DNA of 64,000 nt from Thermoanaerobaculia bacterium (GCA_963816185.1 CAWFJJ010000001.1:352001-416000); one strand, 5' to 3'; positions 8,523-20,001 are shown, counted from the first letter of the stretch. Program-made: numbers and translations. The notes: a model not told the origin generated them from the sequence alone.

Positions 8523-9947
8523 TCAGGCGCCGAGGAGCTTCGAAACGACGTCCTTCGCCGTGTACGAGGTTGAACCCTGCGGCAGGAAGCGTCCGATCTC
8601 CACGAGGTCGTCGCCGGAGGTCAGGAGCGGCTTCTCCTTCAGGGTGTCGCTCCGGACCTGCCCGTAGCCGATGTTCGCGAGGAGCGCGTTGCAGAGGCAC
8701 CGCCTCCCCTCCGTGTCGGAGGGGTCGCCGCCCTTCGCGGCCCAGGTCGCGAGCGGCTCGGACGGGCAGCGATAGCCGATCGACGCGTCGTCTCGCCGGT
8801 AGGCCTCACGCAGGTAACCGAGGTCGCAGATGCGCATGCGAAGAAGGTAATCCTCCTGCTCCGAAAGGCTGCCTTCCATCTGTGCGACCTTGAACGGGAA
8901 ACCGGTCGGGGAGGCGACCGGATGCGTGAAGACGTTAGCCTTGCCGGCGAGCGCCAGCTTCAGGATGTGCTCCTTGTAACGCGCGTCGAGGCCCGACTCC
9001 TCGCAGAAAGCGAACGCCGTCCCGACCTGGATCCCCGCGGCGCCGGCCGCGAGGGCCTCCTCGAGACCTACGGCCGTGCCGTGTCCGCCCGCGAGCCAGA
9101 ACGGCAGCCCCAGGTCGCGGATCTTCGCGAGATCGACGGCGTCGCGCTCCCCGTACACAGGCTCGCCCAGGGCGGAGAGCTGGAGGCGGCCGCGGGGCGG
9201 TGCGTTGTGGCCTCCCGCCGTCGGGCCTTCCACGATGAAGCCGTCCACGCGTCCGTTCGCCTTTCTGACGAGCGTCAGCGCGAGCGTGTACGACGAGATG
9301 ATCGGAAGGAAGAAGGGACGTTTCAGCGGGGGGAGGTCCGCGCCGTCTTCCCTCAATTGGCGCGGGTCGAAGTGCAGCAGATTGTCGTCGCCCTCCTGCG
9401 AGCCCGCCACGTTGAGCGGGTAGGTTGCCGCTTCGTGGTTCGCGAAGAGGTCGAGCGCGAGCGGCACCTTCAGCGGGATCCCGGCACCCATCAGTACGTA
9501 GTCGACACCGGCCAGCATGGCGCCGTACAAACACGGGAGGACCGGAAGCTGGATCTTCTCGAGGAAGTTGACCCCGACGAGGCCGCCGTGGCCCTCCCGG
9601 GCGAGGAACACCTCCGTGAAAGTGGAGGCGACGCACAGCTCCAGAAGCTCCAGCGGGCTGGTCTTCGAATGCATCGGCACGGCGCGATACGGCTTGTCGG
9701 CAGCCTTCCCGCCCTCGACGAAATAACGCTCGAGGATCCGCGCGGCGGCCCGGGGAAACGGAAAGCGAGAGAAGGCCCTGCGAACGTGGCCCCCGGGGTC
9801 GCCGTCCTGCAGGCGCCGGGCGAGGACGACGTCGAGCGCCGTTCCCGCGGCGACGCCGAGCTGGCCCAGGGACGAGACGGCACGGGCCAGCCTCCAGCCG
9901 GAGACGCCGACCCCCATTCCGCCCTGGATGATTCTCGGGTGCTGCAT
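8523..9947 (-). CDS. Nitronate monooxygenase/FabK-family flavoprotein
   Basis: IIQGGMG, EGPTAGGH and GIQVGTAF motifs, with a C-terminal Cys cluster (C...C...CLC). Confidence 0.8.
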   Translation of the reverse strand: MQHPRIIQGGMGVGVSGWRLARAVSSLGQLGVAAGTALDVVLARRLQDGDPGGHVRRAFSRFPFPRAAARILERYFVEGGKAADKPYRAVPMHSKTSPLELLELCVASTFTEVFLAREGHGGLVGVNFLEKIQLPVLPCLYGAMLAGVDYVLMGAGIPLKVPLALDLFANHEAATYPLNVAGSQEGDDNLLHFDPRQLREDGADLPPLKRPFFLPIISSYTLALTLVRKANGRVDGFIVEGPTAGGHNAPPRGRLQLSALGEPVYGERDAVDLAKIRDLGLPFWLAGGHGTAVGLEEALAAGAAGIQVGTAFAFCEESGLDARYKEHILKLALAGKANVFTHPVASPTGFPFKVAQMEGSLSEQEDYLLRMRICDLGYLREAYRRDDASIGYRCPSEPLATWAAKGGDPSDTEGRRCLCNALLANIGYGQVRSDTLKEKPLLTSGDDLVEIGRFLPQGSTSYTAKDVVSKLLGA

Positions 9948-10048
9948 CGCTCTATTTCTATTCGCCGCCCCGAGCACGCGTGCGTTCGGCCCCGGCCGCC
10001 GGCAGAACCATTTTCCGCCGAATGCGTCTTATCGGATAGAGGTTCCGT

Positions 10049-10832
10049 ATGAGACACCTCCTTCAAGGAGTTCTGGCCCTCTTTCTGGCGGCTTCACCGG
10101 CCGCCGCCGACCGCGCGGTCTCGAAGACGCTGCCTCTGCCCGCCGACGGCAAGGTCACGATCGACACGTACAAGGGCAGCATCCGCGTGACGCCTTGGGA
10201 CCGTGCCGAGGTCGCGGTCGAGGCCCGGATCGTCCCGGACGACAGCTGCGGGTCGGAGCGGGACCAGAAGAAATGGGTGGACGCGACGGAAGTCGTCATC
10301 GAGCCGAGCGGCCGGAACGTGCGAATCGAGTCCGACTACGACAAGCTCGAGACGAGATGGGGCTTTTTCGGCGGCTGCACGAGCCGCCCGTTCGTCCACT
10401 ACAAGGTGAGCCTGCCGCGCGCCGCGACTCTGAAGATCCACGACTACAAGTCCGACACGGACGTCAAGGATTTCGCGGGGCGCCTCACGATCGACACGTA
10501 CAAGGGAAGCGTCTCGCTCGTCGGCCTCTCGGGCGCCCTCGACCTCAAGACCTACAAGGGCGAAGTCCGGGCGGCTTTTGCGCGCATCTCGGAAAGCGTG
10601 CGCGCCGAGACGTACAAGGGCGACGTGACCCTGACGTTCCCGGCCGCGTCGGCGTTCGAGCTGAGCGCGAATGCAGGCCGGAGAGGCGAGATCGTCTCCG
10701 ACTTCGAGGGAGTAGGGCCCGATTCGCTCGTCCCGTCGCTCGGGACTTCGCGCCTCGGCGACCGTGAACGGCGGCGGCCCGAGCGTCACGCTGTCCACGG
10801 ACAAAGGCAGACTCTCCATCCGCCGGAGCTGA
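10049..10832 (+). CDS. Exported DUF4097 beta-strand-repeat protein, frameshifted near the C-terminus
   Basis: Signal peptide and repeated (I/L)xTYKG units. The typical ending TVNGGGPSVTLSTDKGRLSIRRS* is in another frame, with the shift at about 10720-10760. Confidence 0.7.
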
Positions 10833-10878
10833 GAACCTCCGCGCCGTAACCTTCCGGCCGGCGCGCCGTCATACTCCC

Positions 10879-11511
10879 GTGAGTGCTGCCGTTTCGGCCG
10901 TTTCGGCTTTGGAGGCGTGCGTGGAAGCTCCCGGCGCGAACCCGGATCAGGAAGCGGATCTCGAGTCGATGGAGCAGGTTCGCCGCGGTGAGGCCGCGGG
11001 AGCGGCGCGGCTTTTCCAGCGCTATGCGGCGCCTCTCCTGAGGTTCACCGGGCGCATCCTGGGCGATCCGGCGGAGGCCGAGGAAATCACGCAGGACGTC
11101 TTTCTCAAGCTCATGGTTCGCGCCGACCAGTACGACGGCCGCGCCCCGGTGGCCTCGTGGCTCTTCGCGATCGCGACGAACGCGTGCCGCGACCGTCTGC
11201 GCCGCTCGGCGCGTCGGCCGAACGTTGCGCTCGAGGCCGTGGCCGAGGCGAGAGAGCCCGGGATCCCGGCGGACGAACGCCTCGCCCGCCGGCAGCGGCG
11301 CGAGGCCGTGCGGCGCGCCCTCTCCGAGCTTTCTTTGGAGCAGCGCGAGGCTCTCGTCCTCGCGCGCTATCACGGGATGCCTTACGCGGAAATCGCGCGG
11401 GCTCTCGACATCAGCGAAGGCGCGGTGAAAACGCGGATCTTCCGGGCCATGGAAACTCTGAAGGCCCATTTTTCCGAAGGAGACTCGTCATGGAATGCCG
11501 CCAGGCTCTGA
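10879..11511 (+). CDS. ECF RNA polymerase sigma factor
   Basis: AEEITQDVF, SWLFAIATN and YAEIARALDISEGAVKTRIFRA motifs. Confidence 0.9.
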   Translation: MSAAVSAVSALEACVEAPGANPDQEADLESMEQVRRGEAAGAARLFQRYAAPLLRFTGRILGDPAEAEEITQDVFLKLMVRADQYDGRAPVASWLFAIATNACRDRLRRSARRPNVALEAVAEAREPGIPADERLARRQRREAVRRALSELSLEQREALVLARYHGMPYAEIARALDISEGAVKTRIFRAMETLKAHFSEGDSSWNAARL

Positions 11512-12494
11512 AGATTCGGGATCTCGTCCTCGTTCGCCTCGCCGGGTGGCAGTCCGCGAACGCGGACATGGCGTTTCTCGCATCCCACCTCGCGTCGTGC
11601 GAGGCGTGTCGGGCGGAAGCGGCACAGATCGAATCCGTGTGGGCCGGTCTCGGCGACGACGACGGAGGCGATCTCGCCCCTCCGCGGCGTTCGTCGCCCG
11701 CGCCTCGGCTGCCCTCGCAGACGCGAGCCACGGGAACGTGATCCGGTTCCGCGCGCATCGGGCGACGGACGGACTCCTGAAAGCCGCGGCCCTGCTCCTG
11801 GCGGGAGGGCTCGGGTTCCTCGTCGCGAAGAGCGGGGGTCGCCCGCTTCCCCTCGTCGGGCGCGGCTGCGCTCCCGACGCCGAGCGGACGCGGCGAGAAC
11901 GTGGCGCTCGTCGCGAACCGCACCGTCGACGCCTCTCGTGCCGTGCTCGACCTCTCGAGCAAGCCGCGGCTCGCGAACGCGACCTACGGCGCCGCGGAGG
12001 AGCCCGGAAAGATCGCGGTCTCTTTCGACGTGACGACCCGGTACACGGTCGTCGGGCGTCCGGAGGACAAGGGCGTGGCGGATCTCCTCGTCTCGCTGAT
12101 GTCGGGCGCCACGGAGACCGAGGGCGCCCGGGGCCGGGTCCTCGACTTCGTTTCGGCGACGACACGCGAGGGCACGGCCGTCTCTCCCGAGATCGTGAAC
12201 CTGCTCCGGCGCACGCTCGAAACGGACAAGAACCCGAGCGTCAGGAAGAAGGCCGCCGAGGCGCTCGTCGAGATGCCGCCCACGCCGGAGATCCGGGACG
12301 CGCTCGCGCACGCACTGAAGACGGACGTGAACCCCGCCGTCCGGATCCTCGCGGTGGAAGGACTCGCGAAGTCCGCCACCGTGCTGAAGGACCAGACGAC
12401 GATCGAGACGCTCCGGCAGAAGGCCGGAGACGACCGCGAGAACGACTACGTGCGCAGCCAGGCCGCGCTCGCCCTGAAGAGGCTCGAGATCTGA
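11490..12494 (+). CDS. Zinc-finger anti-sigma factor with a TM helix and HEAT repeats, frameshifted
   Basis: HLASCEAC, a TM segment (AAALLLAGGLGFLV) and HEAT-like NPSVRKKAAEAL / NPAVRILAVEGL fall in three different frames. Confidence 0.7.
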
Positions 12495-12531
12495 TGGCGA
12501 TACCTATTTCTCACAGGAGCGTCTTGCCAAC

Positions 12532-14461
12532 ATGAGTACGACCTCTTATCCCTCTCCCTCGAAAGGGACGCCGACGCGCGGCGGGAGCCGCGTCGCCCTC
12601 TGGGCGCTCCTCATCGCGGCTCTCGTCCTCCTCACGCTCGCCGCCGGCCTTCGTGCGGACGCGCGGGAGCTGACGGCCCACGCGAGCCGGACGCAGAGCT
12701 TCGTCGCGTCGGGCAACCTGAAGTCTCTCGCCGTCGAAAACGTCAACGGCAGCGTCGAGGTTCTCTCCGGCCCGTCGTTCAAGGCCGACGTCGACGTGAC
12801 GGCGTACGCGTCCACCGAAGCGACTGCGAAGAAGCGGCTCGAGGACGTCAAGGTGCGCTTCGACAACGAGAACGGCGAGCTCTCGCTCTATACCGAGGAG
12901 CCGGGCGTCACCGTCCGGCGGAGCGGCCGGGGCTGGCACGTGCACAGTGACCACGACGACTACACGTGGCGGACCGAGGTCGAAGTACCGCATCACGACG
13001 CCCCCGGGCCTGTCGCTCAACGTCTCGACGGTGAACGGCGCCGTGAACGTCGTGGACGTGGCGGCGCCCATGGAACTCTCGACCGTGAACGGGAAGATCG
13101 ACGTCACCCGTGCGCGGCGGGACGCGAAGCTCAACACCGTGAACGGGGCGATCCGCGCCGCGTTCGCCGAGCTTCCGAAAGGCGTGAGCGTGGACGTCCG
13201 GACCGTCAACGGCGGCATCGACCTCACGCTGCCTGCGAAGGCCGGCTTCCATTTCGAAGGCCACACGATGAGCGGCGAGATCCTCTCGTCGTTCGCGCTC
13301 CCGGCCGCCGCGGACGGCGACGAGGCGACGCTCGCGCGCGACGAGTCGCGGGCGGCGCGGGACAAGATCCGCGCCAAGCGCGACACGCTCCGCATGGAGA
13401 TCCGGGAAAAGCAGCGTAAGGCCAGGAAAGGCGACGAGGGCGACGAGGAGGTCATCGACCTGTCCGGGCTGAACGAGGCGCTCGGGGACTTGAACCGCGA
13501 AATGGCGGAGATGAGCCGCGAGCTTTCCCGGACGATCACGGTCCGCCTGAACCGTGCCTACGAAGGGACCGTAGGCGGCGGCGGCGCGAATGTGCGCTGC
13601 TCGAACCTGAACGGCAGGATCGTCCTGCTGGCCGAGGGCACGACCGAGGCGCAGGCGAAGAAGCTCACGTCCTCTCGCGGGCCGATCGTCGTGACGGTCC
13701 CGTCGCCCCGCGTTTCCATCCCGCCCGTTCCCCCGGTCCCGCCCGTTCCTCCGATCCCTCCGATCCCGCCGGTGGCGTCGGATCCGTGGGGGCGTTCGAT
13801 CTCGAAGGGCGACGTGGAGGGCGATCTCGTTCTCACTTACGCGCCGAGCGACGTGACGGCCGGCCACGTCGCCGGCAGCGTGAAGATCTCGACGCGTTCC
13901 GGCCAGATCCGCGTGGCGGCCGCCGGCAAAGGCGCGGAGCTCTCGTCGGCGGGCGGCGACATCCGGATCGAGAACGTGACGGGCGACCTCAAGGCGACGA
14001 CGTCCGGCGGTGACATCCGGGCGGGCGACGTCAGCGGGGACGCACGGCTCGCGACGGCCGGAGGCGACGTCGTCGTCCGATCGGCGGGCGGGTCGGTCAC
14101 GGCGAGGACGGGGGGAGGCGACATCACGCTCAGGAAGGTGCACGGACCGGTCCTGGCGCGCACGTCCGGCGGCACGATCGTCTGCGAGATCTCGAGCGCG
14201 GCCGCGCCGGGCGGCGAGCTCGTGACGAGCGGCGGCGACGTGACGGTCACGCTTCCGTCCAACTACCGCGCAGACGTCAACGTGCGCGTGACCGGCGGGG
14301 AGATGGAAGCAGACGCCATCTCGTCGCAGTTCCCGGACATCGTCGTGACGCGCCGCCCGGGTTCGATCTCGGGAGAAGGAAAGCTGAACGGAGGCGGCCC
14401 GAAGCTGATCATCCGCTCGACGTCCGGCTCGGTTTCCGTCCGCAAGGGGCCCGCGGCCTGA
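12532..14461 (+). CDS. Large DUF4097 beta-strand-repeat protein, frameshifted near 12980
   Basis: TVNG and TSGGD repeats, a coiled-coil segment, a PPV/PPI repeat linker and a LNGGGPKL end. Two ORFs join across one shift. Confidence 0.75.
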
Positions 14462-14512
14462 CGGCAGGCCGCGCGCCGCCCGGGCGGCGCTCCGTTACAA
14501 TGGTTTCACTAC

Positions 14513-15121
14513 ATGGGTACGGCTTCGCCACCTCCCACGCGCCCGCCCGCCGTGCATCCGGCTCCGGATGGCGAGGCGGCGCCGCCGCAGGCCGCGACCA
14601 CGTCACGATTCCAGTTCGCCGAGCGTTCGGTCTCGATGGGTCCCTCGGGAACCACCATCCTCCTCGTGATCGCCGCCGTCGCCGTCGGGCTCTGGCTTTA
14701 TTACAAGCCACCAGGGGAGATCGGCCCCCAGGAACTTCAGAGGTACACGGGCTTCGAGTCGAACATGGATACCGTCGTCCTGCGCAACTGTACGCCGCCG
14801 GGATGTGCGGCCGTCTATCTGACGCCGACGGTGGGAGGCGGATACCAGGAAGCGTTGCCCCAGGCGGTCGCTCTGGCCGGACAGCTCGAGCAACAGAGCA
14901 TCGAATGCTTCATCGTGTTCGGCGAAGAGCCGCTGAAGGACGCGGTCAGCCGCGCGCGTAGCGTTCGCCGGCCCGTCCTCATCGATCCGAGCGGGGCGTG
15001 GGCGAAGGAGTCGGGCATCGAAAAGGCGCCTTACTGGATCGCGTGGCGGACGGGCGGAAAGATCTGCCTGAGAAGTGAGAAACCGGTTTCGGCCGCGGAC
15101 GTCGCGGCCGCGATCCGCTGA
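14513..15121 (+). CDS. Membrane-anchored hypothetical protein, possibly a degenerate thioredoxin fold
   Basis: TM helix followed by CTPPGC and PVLIDPSG...APYWI. Coding-like codon bias. Confidence 0.5.
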   Translation: MGTASPPPTRPPAVHPAPDGEAAPPQAATTSRFQFAERSVSMGPSGTTILLVIAAVAVGLWLYYKPPGEIGPQELQRYTGFESNMDTVVLRNCTPPGCAAVYLTPTVGGGYQEALPQAVALAGQLEQQSIECFIVFGEEPLKDAVSRARSVRRPVLIDPSGAWAKESGIEKAPYWIAWRTGGKICLRSEKPVSAADVAAAIR

Positions 15122-15719
15122 GAGATTCCGATTCCTTCTGGATCTCCCGGACCCGCCGCCCCGTCCCGCTACGCCGCCGCCCTCGGTGACGACGACCCGG
15201 TCTGGGTGATGGCCGAGACCCCGGACCAGCGTCCGGAAGCTGATCCGGGGCCTGACCGAGAGGCAGCTCGGGACGAAGCCCGCTCCGGGAAAGTGGTGCA
15301 TCAAGGAGATCGTCGCGCACCTCGCGGACGGCGAGGTCATCCTCGGAAGCCGCTATCGGTTCATCGGCGCGCTCGACCGCCCGCCTCTGCCCGGCTACGA
15401 TCAGGATGCCTTCGTCGAGCGCCTCGGTCCGATGAATGCGAAGGCTGCCGACCTCGCGGACGACTTCGCCATGGCGCGTGCCGTCAATCTCGGCCTGCTC
15501 GAGCGGCTGCCCGAGGAGGCGTGGGATCGTGTCGGCGTGCACGCCGAACGGGGCGAGGAGTCGATCCGGTCCATCGTGGCGATGTATGCGGGCCACGATC
15601 GCCTCCATCTCGCCCAGATCGAAACGATCCGGACGGGGCTCTTTCCGAGGGCCGGGAAGAAGCGGGCGCCGCGAAGGTCCGCAAAGTCGACTCGGAAGAA
15701 GGCCGCGACGCGGCGCTGA
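15122..15719 (+). CDS. DinB-family protein, frameshifted, start uncertain
   Basis: GKWCIKEIVAHLADGE, LPGYDQD and YAGHDRLHLAQI motifs. The N-terminal LGDDDPVWVMAETP is in another frame (shift near 15230). Confidence 0.7.
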
Positions 15720-16838
15720 TCACGCGCGCGTGGCGCGCGCCGCCCAGCGTGCGATCGGCGCCGCCGCGGGAGAGACGAAGCGCGACGCGATGCCGCCGGA
15801 AAAGAACGGGCGAAACAGGCGCGAGAGGAAGAATCGCCTGCCGGCGATCTCGCGGTGCCGGCGAAGATGGGCGCTCCGAAGACCCTCGGCGTCGAGAGTT
15901 CCCGCGAGGAACCCGGCGAGTGGAGCGGCTACGGCCTCGCCGAAAAGAAGCGCGAGGGACATGCCGGTGCCCGTGTAGGGGTCGATGACGCCGGCGGCGT
16001 CGCCCACGCAGAGAACGTCGCCCGCCAGCGCCCCGTGCGCGCCAAGAAGAACGGGTTCGGAGAGCAGAACGGGTCCCGTGAGCGGGGACAACCCTTCAAG
16101 ATCGGCTGCCAGCGCGCGGCTCTTGTGCGCGGCCTCCGAAAGGAAGTCCTCGAGGGAAGAGTGTGCCCTTTTCGCAAAGGCCGCCGTCACGAGGCCTGCG
16201 AGGTTGACACGGCGTCCTTCGACGCGCGAGAGGCCGAGATAGCCCCCTTCTAAGAAATGCAGGACCGCACGGCCAGCGAGGTGTTCGCCATTTCCCGCGA
16301 GGGTCTTTCCGAATCCGAACAAAGACGGTTTTCTTCGAATGAACGTGCGGCCGAGGCGTCCGTCCAGCGGACTGTAGCGTCCCCAGGCCCCCACCGCCGC
16401 GCGGGCGCCCACCTCCCAGTCGAGGCCCTTGATTCGAAAGCCTCCCTCGAGATCTCCCTCCAGGGAAAGGACGGTCGCGCCGTAACGCATCCGCGCGCCC
16501 GCGCGCTCGGCCGCAGCGGCCGCGAGGGAATCCAGACAGCTCCGTGAAATCGACACCACAGGTCTTGGAAGCTGGGCCTCCACGGCGGTGCCGTCGCGCC
16601 GAACGAGTCGGAAATGCGTGATCGTTTCCGCTCCGTTCCTTCCAAGCTCTTCTCCGAATCCCATCCTGGCGAGCACCGGCAGCGCTTCGTGCGAGAGGAA
16701 GCAACCACAGACTTTCTCGCGCGGAAAGCGCGCTTTCTCGAAGACGATCACGCGAGCCCCGGCGCGTGCGAGGGCGCACGCCGCGGCGGAGCCCGCAAGG
16801 CTGCCGCCGATCACCGCGACGTCGAAATCGGCCTTCAG
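15720..16838 (-). CDS. NAD(P)/FAD-dependent oxidoreductase (geranylgeranyl reductase-like)
   Basis: DVAVIGGSLAG, FPREKVCG and VGDAAGVIDPYTGTG motifs. Probable CTG start overlapping the upstream TGA. Confidence 0.8.
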   Translation of the reverse strand: MKADFDVAVIGGSLAGSAAACALARAGARVIVFEKARFPREKVCGCFLSHEALPVLARMGFGEELGRNGAETITHFRLVRRDGTAVEAQLPRPVVSISRSCLDSLAAAAAERAGARMRYGATVLSLEGDLEGGFRIKGLDWEVGARAAVGAWGRYSPLDGRLGRTFIRRKPSLFGFGKTLAGNGEHLAGRAVLHFLEGGYLGLSRVEGRRVNLAGLVTAAFAKRAHSSLEDFLSEAAHKSRALAADLEGLSPLTGPVLLSEPVLLGAHGALAGDVLCVGDAAGVIDPYTGTGMSLALLFGEAVAAPLAGFLAGTLDAEGLRSAHLRRHREIAGRRFFLSRLFRPFFSGGIASRFVSPAAAPIARWAARATRA

Positions 16839-17527
16839 GGGCGTTTCCAGACGAGCTCCCAGACGAAGCGCGAAGCCATCGTGACGCGCGCGTCCGGCAA
16901 AACGGGCGCGGCGATCGCGGCGATCTCGTCGGGCGTGTAAGCCTGCCTCACGGACGTCTTCCCGTCGGCGACCGAGAGCCGGCTGCGGAAGGCGACCGGT
17001 CCCACCACGGAGATCACGGCGAGCGCGAGGCGGTGCCGCGTGAGGTCGAGGACCACGATGGTCGATGCGGCGACGCGGCGGGCCTCCAGGAAGAGCGCCT
17101 CTATTTCCGGGGGCGAGAAGTGATGCAGGAAGAGGGTCGAGAGGACGACGGCCACGCTCCGGTCGCCGAAGGGAAGCCGGAACGCATCGGCGACGACGGC
17201 GGTTCCACGCGCGGCGAGCCGCACGTGCGACGCCTTCCGGTCGAGGCCGAAGACCCGGACGCGCGCGCCTGCTTCGGCGGCCGCCGCGAGGAGATCGCGG
17301 CCCACGTGCCCCGAGCCGCAGCCGAGGTCGAGGACCTGGAACTCGTCCTCCCGCCCGGCCAGCGCGGCGAACAGAGGCCGGAAGCGGCGCCGGACGAGGG
17401 CCCGGCCGCCGAGTCTGTGATGCACCCACTCGATGTCGGCGAGGCTCGCCTCGGCCTCGCTCGCCGGGACGTCGTCGTCGTCGAGGAGCTCGGATTCGGG
17501 ACGCCGGCGGGGAACCCAGAAGCTCAT
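16835..17527 (-). CDS. SAM-dependent methyltransferase
   Basis: ELLDD, VLDLGCGSG, STLFLHHF and DGKTSVRQAYT motifs. Confidence 0.85.
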   Translation of the reverse strand: MSFWVPRRRPESELLDDDDVPASEAEASLADIEWVHHRLGGRALVRRRFRPLFAALAGREDEFQVLDLGCGSGHVGRDLLAAAAEAGARVRVFGLDRKASHVRLAARGTAVVADAFRLPFGDRSVAVVLSTLFLHHFSPPEIEALFLEARRVAASTIVVLDLTRHRLALAVISVVGPVAFRSRLSVADGKTSVRQAYTPDEIAAIAAPVLPDARVTMASRFVWELVWKRP

Positions 17528-17532
17528 CGACC

Positions 17533-18793
17533 TCAGAGGGACCGTCCGTTGCGGACGATGAGCGCGGAGTTCTTCGAGCCGAACGCGATCCCGTTGCAGA
17601 GCGCGAACTCGACCTGGGCGGGGCGCGCCGCGTTCGGGACGTAGTCGAGGTCGCACTCCGGGTCGGCGGTCTCGAGGTTGAGCGTCGGCGGAAGGAAGCC
17701 GCACTGCATCCCGAGCAACGTAGCCGCGAGCCCGGCCGCTCCCGAGGCGCCCTGCGGATGCCCGATCTGGCTCTTCACGCTGCTGCCGGGAATGCGGGCG
17801 GCCGCGTCGCCGAGAGCCTTTCTCGTCGCCCGCGTCTCGATGCGGTCGTTGAGCAGCGTGGAGGTGCCGTGGTACTGCACGTAACCGATGTCGCCCGGCG
17901 GAGAGGCCGGCGTCGGCGAGCGCCTCGCACATCGCCCGCGCAGGCTCGTCGCCGGACTCGTCGAGGCGCACGCGGTGGTACGCGTCGCAGGTCGTGCCGT
18001 AACCGCAGACCTCGGCGAGCACCCTCGCGCCGCGCGCGCGCGCCCGCTCGAGCGGCTCGAGGACGAACATCCAGGCGCCCTCGCCGAGGACGAACCCGTC
18101 CCGCCCCGCGTCGAACGGACGGCTCGCCGTCGACGGGGCGTCCACGCGAGCCGTGGAGAGGATCTGCATGAGAGAGAACCCCGTCATGATGCCGGGCGTG
18201 ATGACGGCGTCGGCGCCGCCCGTGAGGACGAGATCCTCGTCGCCCCATGCGACGAGCCGCGCCGCGTAGGCGAGCGCATCGGCCGAGGACGTGCAACCCG
18301 TCGTGATCACGTGAGAGCGGCCCTTGAGGCCGAAACGCATCGAGATCTCCGAGGAGAGCGTTCCCATGGTGCCGGTCGGGATCGAGTAGACGGAGGCCTT
18401 CTTGAGATCTCCGCGGTACCAGTGGCCGTACATACGTTCGAAGAAATCCACGGCGCCGCCGCCCGTGCCGAAAACGACGGCGATCCGGCGCCGCTCCTCG
18501 AGCGACAGTCTCTCGGGGTCGATCCCCGCGGCCGCCAGCGCCTCGCCGGCAGCCGCGAGCGAGAGCGGGACGACGCGTCCGACGTGCCGGAGCTCTTTCG
18601 CGCTCAGGGCGGATTCGGGGTCGAAGCCCTTCACCTCGGCCGCGATCGGCACGTCGAGCGCGGCCGGGTCGAAGAGCGTGATGCGCGCGACGCCCGACCG
18701 TCCGTCGCGGAGCCCCTCGGTGAACGACCGAACGCCGTTTCCGATCGGCGTGAGGCAACCGAGACCCGTCACCCCGACGCGCCGACCTCTCAA
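17533..18793 (-). CDS. fabF: Beta-ketoacyl-ACP synthase II-like enzyme, frameshifted near 17895
   Basis: Cys-His-His triad in TTGCTSS, YHGTST and KSQIGHPQGASG, plus GFVLGEGA. TTG start overlaps the moeA stop. Confidence 0.8.
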
Positions 18794-20001
18794 AATGTGC
18801 TCTCCGGAGAGCCGCGGTGCACGGGGACGAGATCGCCGGCCGCGAAAGACGACTCGGGCGGGAGCTCCAGGAAGACGTTCGCCCGCGCGTACGCGAGGAC
18901 GTCGTGGCTCCCCTTCGTCGCGATGGGCTCGACCACCTCCTCGCCCTCTCGCACGGTGAGCGTCGCCGGATGGAACGCGAGACGCGGCCCCTTGTTCCGC
19001 ACGGGACCGGTGAGGCGAGCCGGCACCGGGAGAGGCAGGGGAGGCAGGATCCCGGCCGCGGACCTCAGCGCGGGCCTCACGAGGAAGTCGAAGGCGACCG
19101 CGGTCGAAACCGGATTGCCGGGCAGGCCGAAGACGAGGGTCGCGCCTTTCGTCGCGAAGAGCACCGGCTTCGCCGGTCGGATCGCGACCTTGTGGAAGCG
19201 GATCGAGGCGCCCGCGGTCTCGAGAGCCGTCGCGACGTAGTCGTAGTCGCCCGCCGAGACGCCGCCGGTCGTCAGGAGGAGATCGTCGCCGCGTTCCAGG
19301 GCGGCGCGGAGCAGCTTGACGAGAGATTCCTCCGTGTCGCGCGCGACGCCGAGGTCCGTGACCAGGGCGCCGTTTCGCAGCAGGGCGGAGACGAGGAGCG
19401 GTCCGTTCGTGTTCCGGATTTGCGCCGGGCCGGGCGTGGTCCCGGCTGTGACGATCTCGTCTCCGGTCACGAGAACCGCGGCCCGGACCGGACGCGCCAC
19501 CCGCAAAGTCGCGCGCCCGGCCGCAGCGGCCAGGACGAGATCCGCAGGCGTGAGGCGGCGGCCCGCGGAAAGAAGGCGCGCACCCTTCTGGAAGACCTCT
19601 CCGTGAACGCGGACGTGCGCGCCAGGGCGTGGTGCGACGTCGAGCCGCACGGTCTTCTCGTCGATCTCGGCCGCCTCCTCGACGGGAACGACCGCGTCGC
19701 TGCCGGGCGGCATCGGGGCGCCCGTCATCACCTTCCACGCCGCGCCGGTGGGAAGCCGGCCTGTCACGCGCCCGGCGCCCGCGGCTCCCGCGCGGGCGAG
19801 GAGGGAGGGCACCTTGCCGACCTCCGCCGCGCGCACGGCCCAGCCGTCCATCGCGGTCATGTCGAAGACCGGAAAGGGAAGGTCCGCCGAGACGTCCTCG
19901 GCGAGGACCCTTCCTGCGGCCTCACCGAGCGGGACCGCGACGGCCGTGAGCGGCGTGGCCGCCCCCACCACGTTCGCGAGGGCTTCCTCGAACGCGATCA
20001 C
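18790..20001 (-). CDS. moeA: Molybdopterin molybdotransferase
   Basis: AMDGWAVR, MTGAPMP, TTGGVSAGDYD and FGLPGNPVS motifs. Confidence 0.95.
   Translation of the reverse strand: MIAFEEALANVVGAATPLTAVAVPLGEAAGRVLAEDVSADLPFPVFDMTAMDGWAVRAAEVGKVPSLLARAGAAGAGRVTGRLPTGAAWKVMTGAPMPPGSDAVVPVEEAAEIDEKTVRLDVAPRPGAHVRVHGEVFQKGARLLSAGRRLTPADLVLAAAAGRATLRVARPVRAAVLVTGDEIVTAGTTPGPAQIRNTNGPLLVSALLRNGALVTDLGVARDTEESLVKLLRAALERGDDLLLTTGGVSAGDYDYVATALETAGASIRFHKVAIRPAKPVLFATKGATLVFGLPGNPVSTAVAFDFLVRPALRSAAGILPPLPLPVPARLTGPVRNKGPRLAFHPATLTVREGEEVVEPIATKGSHDVLAYARANVFLELPPESSFAAGDLVPVHRGSPESTF

Noticed and set aside
13718-13774. Short tandem repeats (also 49190-49330 and 60290-60400) as CRISPR or VNTR loci
   Set aside because: They encode PPV/PPI, TKTE/TTHKK and PT linkers inside proteins, and have no repeat-spacer structure.
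15119-15210. Stop-codon readthrough fusion of 14513..15121 with DinB
   Set aside because: The DinB N-terminus follows the TGA in frame without a clear start, but the region is error-prone and a membrane/DinB fusion has no support.
16835-19738. 967-aa ORF as a ketosynthase-methyltransferase fusion
   Set aside because: It arises from the fabF frameshift near 17895 joining frames. The methyltransferase has its own ATG at 17527 and the FabF C-terminus is in another frame.
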